From: Chrysomallon squamiferum
Taxonomy: Eukaryota > Animalia > Mollusca
Length of the DNA: 64,000 bases
Direction of reading: 5' to 3'
Assembly: GCA_012295275.1 (NCBI GenBank)
Contig: CM022674.1
Span: 744,001 to 808,000 of the forward strand
The translations under genes and the position numbers were made by a program. Position 1 is the stretch's first letter; the number at the start of each line of letters is the position of its first letter. This document shows, piece after piece, positions 40,584 through 56,561 of the stretch. The notes beneath the pieces are model-generated. The model saw nothing but the letters and a program-made list of their open reading frames with translations, ran no database searches and was not told where the DNA came from.

Positions 40584-41096
40584 TCAAATTCGATGATCTT
40601 GGATTCGCATGTGCGGCCTTGGTGCGTTGTAACTGTTAGCCGGTCGTACATTGGCCGGCATCGCTCTGCCCTGTCCAATCAGATTCATTTTACAAGCCTC
40701 GCCGTCGCCAATGTCTCCGATACGCGACTTCTGATTGGACGTCTTCTTCCTGCCGGAGCTGGCCTCCATCTGGACGACGCACAGTCTGTAGACGAGCAGG
40801 AGGATGACGAGGGAATTCTTGGAAGTGAAGAACATGTTGGTGTAGCTGACGATCTTGTGTCCGAAGATGAGCAGCATCCGCACGACGAGGAAAGGCAGGT
40901 CTTGCAGGATGATGGAGATCATGATGCCGTAGATCTCGGGCTTGCAGCAGCCGATGTTGTCGTCGGACTCGGACGGTGCCGCGACCCCGGATTGGTCACG
41001 TCTGGCCTTCGTGGCGGTCAGGACGAGCGTAAACTGCATCAGACTGAGCGTCCAGATTCCCAGGACTATGTAGCACAGCAGGCGGTTGTATTTCAC
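40584..41096 (-). CDS. TMEM26: TMEM26 homologue, last coding exon
   Basis: Acceptor gctgattacag. Encodes VKYNRLLCYIVLGIWTLSLMQF...ISIILQDLPFLVVRMLLIF...FFTSKNSLVILLLVYRL and ends DHRI-TGA. The spliced CDS is 1074 nt (357 aa). Confidence 0.95.
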   Translation of the reverse strand: MKYNRLLCYIVLGIWTLSLMQFTLVLTATKARRDQSGVAAPSESDDNIGCCKPEIYGIMISIILQDLPFLVVRMLLIFGHKIVSYTNMFFTSKNSLVILLLVYRLCVVQMEASSGRKKTSNQKSRIGDIGDGEACKMNLIGQGRAMPANVRPANSYNAPRPHMRIQDHRI

Positions 41097-41110
41097 CTGT
41101 AATCAGCGTA

Positions 41111-41762
41111 ATTGAAATAGATATTTAGTCGTATTGGTGTGTGTGTCGGTGTGTGTGTGTGTGTGTGTCTGTGCATGTGTGTGTGTGTTTGTGTCTGTGT
41201 GTATGTGTGCATGTATAACTAAAATAGATATTTAGTCATACTGGTGTGTGTGTGTGCGTGTGTGTGTGCGTGTCTGTGCATGTGTGTGTGTGTTTGTGTC
41301 TGTGTGTATGTGTGCATGTATAACTAAAATATATATTTAGTCATACCTGTGTGTGTGTGTGTACGTGTGTGTGTGTGTGTGTGCATGTGTGTGTGCTGTG
41401 TGTGTGTGTGTGTGTATGTTTGATTAAAATAGATATTTAGTCATATTGGTGTGTGTATCTGTGTATGTTTGTGTCTCTGTGTGTGTGTGCATGTGTGTGT
41501 GTGTGTGCATGTTTGATTGAAATAGATATTTAGTCATATTGTGTCTGTATGTGTCTGTGTTTGTGTGTGTGGGCGTGTGTGTGTGTGCGTGTGTGTGTGC
41601 ATGTATGATTAAAATAGATATTTAGTCATATTGGTGTATCTGTGTGTGTGTGTGTGTGTGTGTGCGTGCGTGTCTGTGCGTGTGCATGTTTGACTAAAAT
41701 AGATATTTAACCATGATGGTATGTATGTGTATGTATATTTGACTAAGATAGATATTTAGCCG
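41111..41762. repeat. Composite minisatellite: 8 copies of AAATAGATATTTAGTCATA separated by (TG)n tracts
   Basis: Cores at about 41115, 41222, 41327, 41427, 41520, 41612, 41697 and 41745, inside the last TMEM26 intron. Confidence 0.9.
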
Positions 41763-42082
41763 TGACAGATATTGATGTGTTTGTCTGTATTTGTGAGAGT
41801 GTCTGGTTTTCTTTATGTGTGTCTGTGCAAAGATGAAGTGATGTTCGTGTTATTCGTACAAGCGAAGAGAGAGAGAAAAAAAAGAAAAGAAGAAAACTGT
41901 AACTATTTATTAATAGAAAGTCTGACAATGAAGAATAACGAAAGAGAGGGATCTGACAGAAATGTCATGCTTAATAAATAAATAAATAAATTCATTCATT
42001 CATAATTAAACGCATGGATGATACATACACAAACCCAAAACTGAAAAAAAAAAAAATTGCCAAAGATGATGATGGCGACGAT

Positions 42083-42135
<53 letters not shown>

Positions 42136-42202
42136 CAACAACAACAATTTATTTTGTAATATAACCAATTTTCTTTTTAGTTCTTCTATTTTACGTCTAT
42201 CA

Positions 42203-42640
<438 letters not shown>

Positions 42641-43668
42641 TCATTATAACAATGGAAAGAAGAAGATGATGATAATGATGATGAAAAGATGATAGTGATA
42701 ATCGTAAAGATGATAATAATGTAACGATGATCATCATCATGAAAGATGATAATGACAATGATAACGATGATATTAATGATAAAAAACAGAATGGAAAGAT
42801 AATGATGATAGTAATGGTAAACACCGCCATAATGACGGAAGATGATCTTCATAACGGTATTAATAATGATGATGATGATAATGGAAATATGATGTTGATA
42901 ATGATGATACTGATAATGATCAAGACGGTAATGGAAAGATAATAATACTAATAATAATGATGACACTCTTAGTTCGGAAACACAAATATTCCATAAATTG
43001 TACCAGTATATAAACATAAGTAAATGATACACTGTCCATTTACTGAACACGTAAATTAAATATACTTTCAAAGATAAAGGATTAAATAACATATGCGTGT
43101 AACTGGCTACAAATTGTTTATTAATGTTTGCAGGCTTAAATGTAAGCCTTACCAAAATTGTATTATATGTTACAACAAAAAAATTTCATTATACTATTAA
43201 GATCTCCACCGCAGAAGTTATTAAAATCATATCATATTAGATTAATGTATTATCTAAAGATTATACCCCAGGGAGTAAACAGTACGCCCATGTTAGCCGA
43301 TCTTGAACTCAGATTTTCCTCATTAAAGTGCTAAAAACATTCCAAAGCGTACAAGAAAATTAAGTTTTCTTTATGGAGTAATTTCAAAGAAATTGTGGTT
43401 TTACGTTATCAAAAAAGAAAAAAAGAAAGAAAGAAAGAAAGCTAAAAAAAAGAAGCCAAGAAACTTATTAGTTTTCATTAGAAAAGTCATCAGTTATGAA
43501 CTCATAAAAATGTTGAAAGTAATTTAGATTTTTACGTGAGAATCAAAAACCGGTCGTAAAACAGAACGTAAGAAGACTTACGTTGCAGTTAGTGTGTAGC
43601 TCTTAATGTGTGATGTGTGGAAGGGATTTAAACCCTTACAGATTAACCCGTAATAGTTAAATGTTGAC

Positions 43669-43764
<96 letters not shown>

Positions 43765-43765
43765 A

Positions 43766-43859
<94 letters not shown>

Positions 43860-44469
43860 AGGGAAATAAAACAAACGTTTATTAGGAAAAGTTTTAAAAC
43901 GATAAATCAAAAAATGAATGTCTTTGCTAATTTCTCACTTTTTTTTTTTTTTTTTTTTTTTATCTTTTTTGTCTTTTTCTTAATTCATTCACTCATTTAT
44001 TTATTTTCTTTTTCCTATATTACCTCATTACACTTTTTTTTACCTTCATGACGCTTCTTTTAGGTGTTTTTTTTTTTTTTTATTTTCCCACAAACATCAA
44101 CCATCACGTATAAACCTACACTGACACACAAGACCCGACCCTGACATCTGGCTAGGTGAAAGCAATTTGAAGAAAATTGTTTCGTAAACTGGGTGTAAAA
44201 CACGTTAAGAAAAGATGCGGTTCGTTAATTTCGAACATGATTCCAAGGCTGAAAATGCCAGAGAAAAAAAATAAAAAATAAAAAAAATAAAAAAATAAAA
44301 ATATCGGAGAAAGAAGAAGGGAGGAAAAAAATATGAAAGAAACAAAATTAAACATACGTTTAAGTCTGAGTAAACAGCTTATTGCTTTTCCCGTCTTAAT
44401 TTAGAGTAAATAAAGTCTGTGAACTTTGAAACATCTCCATCCTTTTTTTGTTTATTTGGTATTGTGAAT

Positions 44470-44516
<47 letters not shown>

Positions 44517-44674
44517 TTTTATTTTATTTTATTTTTATTTTTATATTCATTTTAAATTTATTTATCTGTCTATCTATCCATTTATTTATTTATTATTACT
44601 ACTATTTCTATCACTGCTATTTCTACTACTACTACTACCACTAATTTACTACTACCACTACTACTACTATTACA

Positions 44675-44711
<37 letters not shown>

Positions 44712-44893
44712 GTACTGCTACTACTACTACTATTATTATTATCATATTTGTCATTAATTTAGAAATATTCTATTTCTTTCTCAACCTATCTATTTATTTA
44801 TCTTTGTCTTTATCTTTGTATCTTTCTCTATTTTTTTCTTTCTATTTATTTCTTCGTTCTTCTGCTCTTCGTCCCTCTCTCTCTCACACACTG

Positions 44894-44972
<79 letters not shown>

Positions 44973-46479
44973 TTCTGTCTTTTTCTCTCTCTCTCTGTGT
45001 CTCCCTCCCTCCAGCGGCACTGCACAATATCAGTTCAAATTTAAAACTATCTCTTAATCACTCCCACTTAGGTCGTAGCCGTTGAAATCCAAACCCTTGT
45101 GAATTTTTTTTTTTTATTCCAATCCTCGAAAAACAACCTCAAGTTTATTAGCAAATTGCATTAAACTTGAAACCGCTTCCAACCGCTGAATTTGCTAAGT
45201 CAGTTCTAGATCAGTTATCTCCCTTGTGGGAATACACGTTGTCGTAATAGTTTTCAGTGAACCAGTGCTTTCGTGCTTAAAGCAATTAGGTTTAGCGGAA
45301 ATTAATATAATTCCATTGCACTCCAGCGTTTTTTAGTCAGTGGTTCGAAGTGACAAGGTCTACTGTGGATGATATATATATTTATGTTACTATTTTTTTT
45401 CTTTTTCTTGTTTTACTTCATTTATTTTATGTTTATTTATTTATTCATTTATTTATTACCTATTTTTTTTTTTTTTTTTTTTCTTTTTTCTGTTTTCTGT
45501 TTATATCGTCGTTTGGGGTTTTTTCTTCTTATTATTATTATTTTATTTATTATTGCGTTTATTTTATTTTTATTATTATTTTATAATATTGTATTTTCTT
45601 CGATTTATATAATGAATGTGTGTATGTGTATGATGTAAGAATGTATGTATATATATATTTTAGGTTTATATCTTAAAAGGTGTGTATATATATCTTTGTA
45701 TGTATGTGTGTGTATATCTATACAATTACATACATACGCACACATACATGCATAAATGCAGATATATAGATACATACATACATACACACATACATGTACA
45801 TGTCTTTATATTTAATCTGTGCCTCTTAACGAAATACTTTCATCGCCCATCATCTTATTTCGCTGCTTCGTCAGATTAATAATCACTTGCAAACACTGCT
45901 CCATTATTTTTTCAAAGTTAAAAAACATGCAACTGCCACCTGCTGTTTCATGCACTTAAGCATGTTTAATCCGATACACTGGAACGGTAAAGGCGCGCAC
46001 TCACGAAATGATTCGAAGTAACGATTTTTAGACTGAGGCATACGTAGTTATCAGCAAGTGGTAATGACAGTTTCTAAGTAAAACGTACGCACTCTGTGAA
46101 ATAATTTCTAAATAAAGGTGTGTTCACACTAGGCGTTTATATAATGAAGCTAAGTAAAAAATTAGCCTCACTAAATTAGAAATAATCAGTTTTTATCAAC
46201 GGTTCCTGAAAAAAAAAAGGTGCGTACTCACTGATCGATTCCAAATAATCTGTAAATAACTGGTGGCTAAGCTGTTAGAAGTAATATTTTCTAAATAAAG
46301 GTCCTTTCACACCTAACATTACGAAGTAACGTTTTTTTTTATACTGAAGAACACTGCACTGACGCATCTTGAAGAAAACATTTTCATCCGTTGTTTATAT
46401 CAGTACATTCAACCAAACCTTAAACTTCGTGTTTGAATTTGAACCATTGAAGCTATGCCCCACTCACTCACCCAGCAAA

Positions 46480-46571
<92 letters not shown>

Positions 46572-46757
46572 TTAAAATAAATAAATAAATTAATTAATTA
46601 ACATTAAAAAAAAATTTTTTTTAAAATAAAACAAATAATCTATCAGTATCAACTTTGCGATAAACAAACAGAGTTTAAAAAGACGTTTTCTTCCTCTTTT
46701 TGTTTTTTTTTTTTTTTTTTTTTTTTTGGCGCGGTTAAAACTGTTAGAGTTACCTAC

Positions 46758-46923
46758 CCCTAGCTGATCAATGGCGATGCTCAGATCCTCGGCTGTCTCG
46801 TTATTCCACAGAGTGTTGTTGATGTTTTCTTTCAGCGAGATTCGAGTCTCCATCTCGTGCAGCTCGAGGAACCAGATCGCGGGGACCACGCTGGCGAGGT
46901 AAAAGAACACGCTGGGACAAAAC
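46758..46923 (-). CDS. TMEM26: TMEM26 homologue, second coding exon
   Basis: Acceptor ttgttttttccag. Encodes WFCPSVFFYLASVVPAIWFLELHE..., the TMEM26 family motif. Donor GGG|GTAGGT, phase 0. Confidence 0.9.
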
Positions 46924-47195
46924 CTGGAAAAAACAAAATCAAAATCAAAACGAATTCACTGAGAGAAAAATGAAAAATGAGAGTAAAGTGAAGAGATAAA
47001 AAAAAATTAAGAAAAGAATTTTCAAAAATAAAGAAACTGAAAATTAAGTTAATTCAGTAATCATTTCTTTTGTATGTTTAGCAAGCAGTCTTTTGTTTAA
47101 TTTATTACTCTCTCTCTCTCTTTCTCTCTCGCTCTCTATCTCATTCTCTTTCTCTCGCTCTCTCTATCTCATTCTCTCTTTCTCTCTCTCTCGCT

Positions 47196-47289
<94 letters not shown>

Positions 47290-48012
47290 CTCGCTCTCTC
47301 TGTATCTCTCTCTCTGTGTCACTCTCTCTTTCTCTCACTGTTGATGTCTCCCTCTCTGATTGTAGATCTTCCTGACACTGAGTCTATCTTTCAGTCTGGC
47401 TGTTTCTTTACACACAAACGCACATAAATACATGCATGCATGATTACATATGTATATACATACATGCACCTGTCTCTTAATTTCTATCTTGCTCTGTCGT
47501 TTCAAATAATGTTTCTTTGTTTTGTTTGTTATTTTTGTTCTTGTTGTTGAAAGCAATAACGAAACAAATGCTATATTCTTGTAACAAATATACTGATAAA
47601 CTGACCTTATTCGCTTCAAGTATCATCCATAATATATTAAAAGCACATTCAAACTATACCACATCTTTACCATCAAACAGTTCTTATTTAATTTTATAGA
47701 ACTAAACTGCGATATTGAGTTTAATCTTTTCGTACTAAAATAATTTCAAAGGACTTTTTAATCACAATTTTCGGGAGGTATTTTTGCCTTTAGTTTTAAA
47801 TGAAGTAAGAACATAATTTTCGTTTTATAATTACTGCTTCGTATATAAAGAGCTGTATATTAAGGTAAATATCTGTGATATCTGATAATGTTTCTGTGAT
47901 GATTAAATAGTGAAATCTACGATTGATCTTTCTTTTCTCTTTTATTTTTAATATATATTGAGAAATAGATTGCTAATGATGATACGAAAATGAAAATATA
48001 AAAGAAAGTAAG

Positions 48013-48119
<107 letters not shown>

Positions 48120-48888
48120 CAAACTTTTCAATAACAGCACTGGAATGATTATATTTGCACCTTTAAAAAATATAATAAATAAATCAATTAATGACTTCTT
48201 ATTAATGAATTAAAAATATTGAGATAATATTGTAATTCATTCATTCATTCATTCATTTATAAAAATAGAAATAGCGACAAAACGGATGTTATAAGGTTAG
48301 ACGTCTAGAACAAATAATAATAATTATCCAGTTTTTCAGTAGTTAAAGCAAGAATCGAGTCTCGACTTCCCTCAACCGTTTAACCCAGCCACTGTGTAAA
48401 CACGCTGCCATTTTCAGTCACCTTTTCCGAAATACCAGCAGCGAAATTACATTAATTAAGCCATTTTCGCTAGCTGCAAAAACAAAAGATAATTTTGATT
48501 ATTTTTTTGTATGAGATGTTCATGAGATTCAGAACAACTGCAGCGAACGTGAACAGGGAAAAAACAATGAGCCAAACGTAAAAGTTTATTCGAATAAGAA
48601 GGTGCCGTTATAATGAAACGAACGCAGAAAATTAATTTCACGAAATATTATTATATTTATTTCCTACCCTATCAAACTACATCATCGTTTTTTTTTTTTA
48701 GCGCAGGTTACAACAAGTGCATTTTTTCCATGACCCAGAATAGAAATTCCACGAATGAAAACCACCAAAGAGGAATTCCTAAAGGAAAATATTTTACCAA
48801 AATCCTAACAAAACCATCGTTGTTTTTGCTTATCACGTTTCAAACCTTTACACTCGTTTCCCTCCCTGGCAATTGGGATTCTTTTTTT

Positions 48889-48931
<43 letters not shown>

Positions 48932-49283
48932 TGAGGTGGCATTGTCAAATAATAGCGATAGCGCACATTTTTCTGTTTTTCTTTGTCAAATTTAAAAAAA
49001 ATATAAAATATGCAGTATACAGAGTAGACAGACGTGTCTTAAAACAGGCTTTATCAGAATTTCAAATCTGACACTTTGGAAACAAACAGACGATCTGCGT
49101 TTCAGTAATTCGACTTAATTTAAGAAATTATTTCAACCTGTTTGTTCTGAAAGGTGGAAGCAGACCTGAAAACCAGTGACTGACATTTAATGCTTTTCTG
49201 TCTCTGTCTTGTAATGAAATGAGTTGATGTCCTGAGAATCAGTAGACAGAAGAAGAATCAATCCACGACTGATATATCCAACG

Positions 49284-49382
<99 letters not shown>

Positions 49383-49598
49383 ATGTTTCTCTCTCTCTTT
49401 CTCTCTCTCTCTCTATTTCTCTCTTCGTCTGTCCCTCTGTGTTTCTGTCTCTCTGTATATTTCTGTCTGTCTATCTCTCATTGGCTCTTTATTTATCTCT
49501 CTCTATTTTTGCGTATGTGTGTGTGCGTGCGTGGTGGTGATGGAGTGTTTCATTAACGGATAAAGAGAGAGAGATAAAGAGCAGAGAGAGAAAAAGAG

Positions 49599-49728
<130 letters not shown>

Positions 49729-50137
49729 TGCACACACAATTTTCAGATGGCAGAGATAATGGTTACTACTCGTCAAACATAATTATTAAAACAGACAGTC
49801 CGTGGTAAAATACATTAAAGACGAGAGAGAGAAACAAAAACACACACACCTTTCTCTCGTCAGTTTAGAAGCTGCTTGCGGTGATTAGCAACACGACTTG
49901 GTTTGCGAGGAATTTTCAGTCTGTAGAAAACTGATAGCTACCCACTGTCTGTGGTGTAGCAGGCGCTAAACGCTGGTACTGACTGAGATGTAAGTCAACT
50001 GGATAATGTCTTCTTTTCCAGTAATTCTAGAAGAGGTTTTCGTGATTTGAGGTCTTTTTTCAGCAATCTGAATTCAGCGATCGTTCGCTCATTCTATTTC
50101 TATCTCACTCGCTCTCCTTTTATATCTATCCGTCTAC

Positions 50138-50235
<98 letters not shown>

Positions 50236-50328
50236 GTCTGTCTGTCTATCTATCTATCTGTATATCTATCTATCCACCTATCTATCTATCTATATCTATC
50301 TATCTGTATATCTATCTATCTATCTGTA

Positions 50329-50397
<69 letters not shown>

Positions 50398-50420
50398 GTC
50401 TGTGTATCTATCTATCTATG
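50138..50420. repeat. (ATCT)n tetranucleotide microsatellite
   Basis: Read directly from the sequence. Confidence 0.95.
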
Positions 50421-51104
50421 TATCTGTCACATACATTCCTCTTTCTCTGTCTTCTATTTTTCTCAGTTTGTTACCTACTTTCTTCCTTTCTTTTGTTTTT
50501 CACCTTCCCTCTATCTTTGTTTCTCTTTTTTACACGTTCTCTCTCTCTTAGCCTTTTATTTATCTTCCGTCTTTTCCTGTCTTTCTGTCTATCTATCTCC
50601 TCCATTTTATTTGATGTCTTTTCTGCTTGTCTCTCTCTTCTCTTTCTTTATCTATCTTCTCTATATATATATATATATCTCTCTCTCTCTCTCTCTAACC
50701 TTCTCTCTTTCTTAAAATATATATATATGTATTTATCCCTTCCCTACCTTTTTTTTTTTCGTTTCGTATCACTTTTTTTTTTCGTCGTAAAAATGTCAAA
50801 AATGTAAATCATACTGGAATTATATCCTACGACTGACAAAATGACAAAATTGAAAATAAATGTTCAGGACTGTTACTAAAAAGTGTTTCTGGTATTTGGT
50901 GGAAGTAATCGAAATTAATGATTTCCCTAACGCATATTTTTCAGTATAATGCTTTTAACCCTGACGTTAGTTAACGAAAAAGCCAATAAATGTTATTTTC
51001 AATTCATTATGTTTCAAAAGTTAAAGAAAGATAGAGGAAGATAGAGAAGAGAAAGCGAGAAAAAAGAGTAAGAAAAAAAGATATTAAGATACAGAGATAC
51101 GGAT

Positions 51105-51229
<125 letters not shown>

Positions 51230-51285
51230 TTAAAAAATACAATCATATAATTTGCAAATTTATCTTATTTCATTTTATTACTATG

Positions 51286-51335
<50 letters not shown>

Positions 51336-52038
51336 GATTATTATTATTATTATTATTATTATTATTGTTATTATTATTTCATTGTTTATTTTTTTATTAT
51401 TTATTTTGAAGCTACAGACATTATACTAACACATCGTCACACATACCACACAAACAAAAATGTACACGAACGCACATTCTCAAAACACACATGCACGCGG
51501 ACACACACACACACACAGAAAACTGTAACACACACCCATAAACACACTCGTCACTATAATTATTACAAAACAAAAGCGCAGTAACACACGTATCAATATC
51601 AATCTCGTTACGAATAAGAGTCATTTAATTACTCCCGTTACTTTCAATTCATTTGGCGCAGTTTTATTGCTGTCAGCAACTGACTACGTCATTATTCTGT
51701 TTCCACGTACTCGGAAATTATTTGCTGACGAAGATCACTCAGTTCGTAGTCATTCTTTCGACTCGATCAGATTTGATCTCGGCAATAAAACGTTTCAAAA
51801 AGCAAACATCGCCATCATGAAAACCTATTTAAGCAATGGACCATGACGTCGTTGTTAAATATCATGTAAAAAACAAAACAAAACAAAAAAATAACAAAAA
51901 TCACAGTAATGATAAATAAATAATGGTGCGTGCAGCAATATCACGAAATGTTCCGCATAACGCTGTCGTAGTTCACGTTGCGGAACGAATTGATAGACGT
52001 CTGGTAATGATGGGCCGTCTCTCACACGGTATTGCTGA

Positions 52039-52127
<89 letters not shown>

Positions 52128-52146
52128 TTTTTTTTTTTTTGTTGTT

Positions 52147-52177
<31 letters not shown>

Positions 52178-52809
52178 TTGTTTTTGTTTTTTTTTTTTTT
52201 TTTTGATTTTTTTTTTTTTTTTCTCTCTGGTTTCTATCTCTTCAGATAAATATGAGTGTCATAAAACAATGATGTTATTGGATGATGGTTTCCAGAGTAT
52301 GGAGAAGTTATTAACGCGGGCCATGTGCGGAAAAGAAAATACATCACCCTGGCACGGAATGCGTTTTATCAAGTCTCCGGAGATTACAGAATGTACGAAC
52401 GTTACTTGTTACGAGTTGGGTTTATAATCCAATAAAGGAAACAAGTTGAGAGATTTTCTGGCTTAATTGAAAAACTGTGGTTTATTTCTGCTTGCGAAAT
52501 GAGGTTAATGAATATTCAAGAGGGCGGATTCTTAATAGTATTTTTTAGTACGTGCGTGTCTGTGTGAAAATCAAAGAGAAAAAAAAAAAAGAAGTGAGAA
52601 AATAGGAGAGAGATAAAAAGAAAGAAAGAAAAAAAGCAAGAAAGGACGGAAGAAAGGAAGGAAAGAAGAAAAGGAAAAAAGAAAGAAAAAAGAAGGAACT
52701 GAAGAAAGAAAGAAAATCAGAAAGAGCAAGGAGTTAATAAGACAGACAAAATTATTAAATGTAAATTAATGTATAAAATAGCATTATATAACATATTATC
52801 GTATAATAG

Positions 52810-53125
52810 AGGATAACGTAATGTATGGTAACGTAATATAACGTAGCATAACGTAAGGTAAGTTAACGTAACATTGTATAGCTTATTATACGTTAACATA
52901 AAATAAACATAAAGTAACGTAAAGTAAGATAGTAAGTCAAATAACGCAAAATAACGCAAAAAGTTGGCTTAACGTAAAGTAACGTAATAAAGTAAACTAA
53001 AGTAACGTAAAGAAGTAAACGTAACGTAAACTAAAATAACGCGGTAATGTAACGTAAAATAACGTAATGTAATGTAACGTAATAAAGTAATGAGACAAAG
53101 TAATGTAAAACAGCACAATGTAAAT
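52810..53125. repeat. Degenerate (TAACG)n/(TAAAG)n pentanucleotide satellite
   Basis: Runs of taacg/taaag/taatg in the TMEM26 intron, close to the first coding-exon donor. Confidence 0.8.
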
Positions 53126-53345
53126 AAAAGAAACACACACACAAACACAAAAAATAAAAAATAAAAAAAGTTAAAATAAATGAATAAATAAAAGTTAAAA
53201 AATAAATAAACAAACAAATAAATATAATTACAGTAAATAAATAAACAAATAAATAAACAAAAAATCCAAACAAATAAGCAAACAAACAAACATATTTGTA
53301 AAAAAAAAAAAAAAAAAATATATATATATCAATGTAATAACTTAC

Positions 53346-53536
53346 CACTTCCACTCCTTTCCTCTCTTCATGTAAATTGTGATAATCGCCTCGAGCAGAA
53401 GCCCCCCCAGTGCCACGAGAAGATACAGACACCACGTTTCCTGGACGACCATGTACAGCCGCCATATTGAAAGTAGTCCGTGGACGGCGAAAACCAGTCG
53501 AACAATGACAGCGCGGAACAAAGTGAACATCAGCAT
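53346..53536 (-). CDS. TMEM26: Transmembrane protein 26 homologue, first coding exon
   Basis: MLMFTLFRAVIVRLVFAVHGLLSIWRL...LLLEAIITIYMKRGKEWKW matches the TMEM26 N-terminal pattern. The acceptor gttgttttcgcag lies 19 nt upstream of the ATG (exon starts at 53555). Donor TG|GTAAG, phase 2. Confidence 0.9.
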
Positions 53537-54387
53537 TCTGAAGTGCTTGCAGTTCCTGCGAAAACAACACTATGTGAAAAAAACACACGAATATTTATAC
53601 GTCCCCCTAACGGTTCATGCACAGTCGCATAAATTATGTTAACGAGAACAAGTGTGTGTGTGTGGGTGTGGGTGGGTGGGGGGATTTGTACCGAACCACT
53701 CCCTAAAGGAAGTGAGATTACAGGGATCACGTACGGAGCATGTTAAATTAATTTAAATTTAAAAATTAAAAATGTGAGAAAGAATATATATATATATATA
53801 AATCAAGAATATTATAATAATTTATAGACCATGAAACATAATTTTAAAACAAAACAAAAACAGATCATTTCACCATTAAAATTAAAAATGGACGAATGAG
53901 TAAATAAATAAATAAATAAATAAATAAATATAACAACGTAGAATCTTGTGTAAACCTGTAAATGAAATGAAACCAGTGGAAATCAACAACATATGTCTAT
54001 TTCCTACCACGTGGCTTTGAAACTGTATATTTCTAACTGCGAAATAGATTAACTAAAGAGTTCGTTTGCTGTTTGTCAGTCGTACATATTTATTCTTCTA
54101 AACGTAACCACTTTACAAATAAATAAACAAATGAGAAAGTCGTAAACTGTAATATATCTACGATTCGTTAGGATGGAATCTGTCCACGTGTTCTCAATTT
54201 CGATACTGCAGTTGTTTTTATTTATGTTAATACCGAGAAAAAAAATAAACGATGCATAAATCACATTGATCTTATTTGCTTTGAAATAAGTCAACTTCTC
54301 TTAAATTTATTTAACATTATTTAACAGATGTCCCAATATGTACATTTCCTTTATTTTATGTGTTTTCCCGATTTCTTTTTTTTCGCG

Positions 54388-54469
<82 letters not shown>

Positions 54470-54816
54470 GTATTTTGTCTCGCTCTCTATTTATCTATCT
54501 GTCTATATATGTATGTATGTATGTATATATATATATATACACACACACACACATATATATATAATACACATTATAACAACCTCTTTCTTTTTCTCTCTCT
54601 CTTCTTCTCACACTCATTCTTCCTCACAATTTTCCTTATTAAAAACAAACTTACACACACCACAGAACACACTAATAAGTTCAGTTTTCCATTAGGTCTT
54701 GTCTTTTTCTTCTTTCTACAAACCATTTCTACAAGCATGAAAAAGTCCATAATTTCCTTCATTTCCTTTTTTCCTTTTTTTTTTTTTTTTTTAAAACCTG
54801 ATTTATCCTCTGTAGT

Positions 54817-54860
<44 letters not shown>

Positions 54861-56142
54861 ATCTTGTGTAAACAGGACATAAATCGTTTTTCTTCTAGCA
54901 GTGTTTATTTAGTCTCAAGAATACGTAGGCAAATTAGCGAAAAGTTTCACAAATATTTTCCAGAATCTTGTATTCCTGTTTTCATTATAAATTCTGATTC
55001 ACTTTATTTGTGAGTAGGTGTACAGTGTGTGTATACATATATGTACGTATTTATGTATTTGTGTGTGTGTGTGTGAGAATATATATATATATAAACATAC
55101 ATACATATACACACAAACACATATATAGATACATATATACATATACATACATACACAGCACACACACATACATATACAAACAAATATACACAGAAGGTAC
55201 AGATGCACTAACACAGAACGAGACATAGACACAAAGACGGACTGACAAATAAGTTAGCTAGATGGACATTGTATTTTATTATTTCTCTGCGTTTAGATTT
55301 AATGCATTTTATATTTCCAGTGGGGTTTTGATGTCTTTTAATGGTTTATTATTTGTAAGATTTATATATATTTTATTGTATTTGTTTTTTTTTTTTTTTT
55401 TTTTCCATTTTTATTATATTTGTTTTGTTTTTTATTTTTATTTATTTGATTTCTTTATTTTTTTATTATTATTATTATAATTATTTTTTTATTTTTTTTT
55501 TTATTTATTTATTTTTTTTGCAACTTCTATTTGAATAATATTTACTTTTAGTGTACTTTAAAATTTAAATGCATTATCAATATGCTCTGTATAACTAATC
55601 AAAATCAGAAAGAAGAAAAAAAAAAAGAAATGATATCAAAACTGAACCATTAAGACTAAAATGAGTAATAAAGAAGACTATTTTTTCTCTTTAAAACTTT
55701 GTTATAAAAGGGAAAAATAAAATCGCTAATGAGGAAACCATCGTTTTGGCTGAAGGAAATGACGAAACCACCTGTTGTACACGTCATCACAGAGGCCCGT
55801 TTCGGGTTTCTCGCATTTTTTACCTTTTTTTTTTTTTTTTTTTTTTTTTACTCCAATGAAAAAAAAAAAACAAAAAACTCTAAAAACTAGAAAAAAAAAA
55901 AAAAAAAAAAAAAAAGTTATTATGTTAACACTGTAATTTGGATGAAGATGTGTTTTTATTGTTTTTATTGGGTTTTTTTCCTTTATTTATTTTTTTAAAT
56001 TATTTTATTTTATTTTATTTTGTTGTTGTTTTTTTTTTGTTTTTTTGTATCTGTTGTTCTTGAGTCAATAAATTTCGCATTACCAGCGACCTTGCTAAAT
56101 AAATGTTACTTTTGTAAAAAAATTATCTTTTTGTCTTTTCTT

Positions 56143-56212
<70 letters not shown>

Positions 56213-56518
56213 ATTCTCTCTCTCAATCCAATGGTCTTGAATAATTTGTTACTTATTATATTTCTGTCTTTCATTCTTTCTACAGTTTTCTTTCTCCCTT
56301 ATTTTTCTTTCGTTCTATGTTTCCTCCTCGTCATTCGCTCTCCTGTTACACAAAACATAACAGAGCGGGACATCTTCTAACTGGCATATGAACCACTTTT
56401 TTATATGAATTTAATATTCTAACCCACTTTACTTTGTCATCAAAGAGAACTAGATAATTGAAAAATCAATAAGTTCGTAGTTACACACACTCACACAGGT
56501 ATTTATTTATAATTGTAT

Positions 56519-56561
<43 letters not shown>

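Noticed and set aside
40572-41102. 176-aa plus-strand ORF
   Set aside because: Antisense shadow of the GC-rich last TMEM26 exon.
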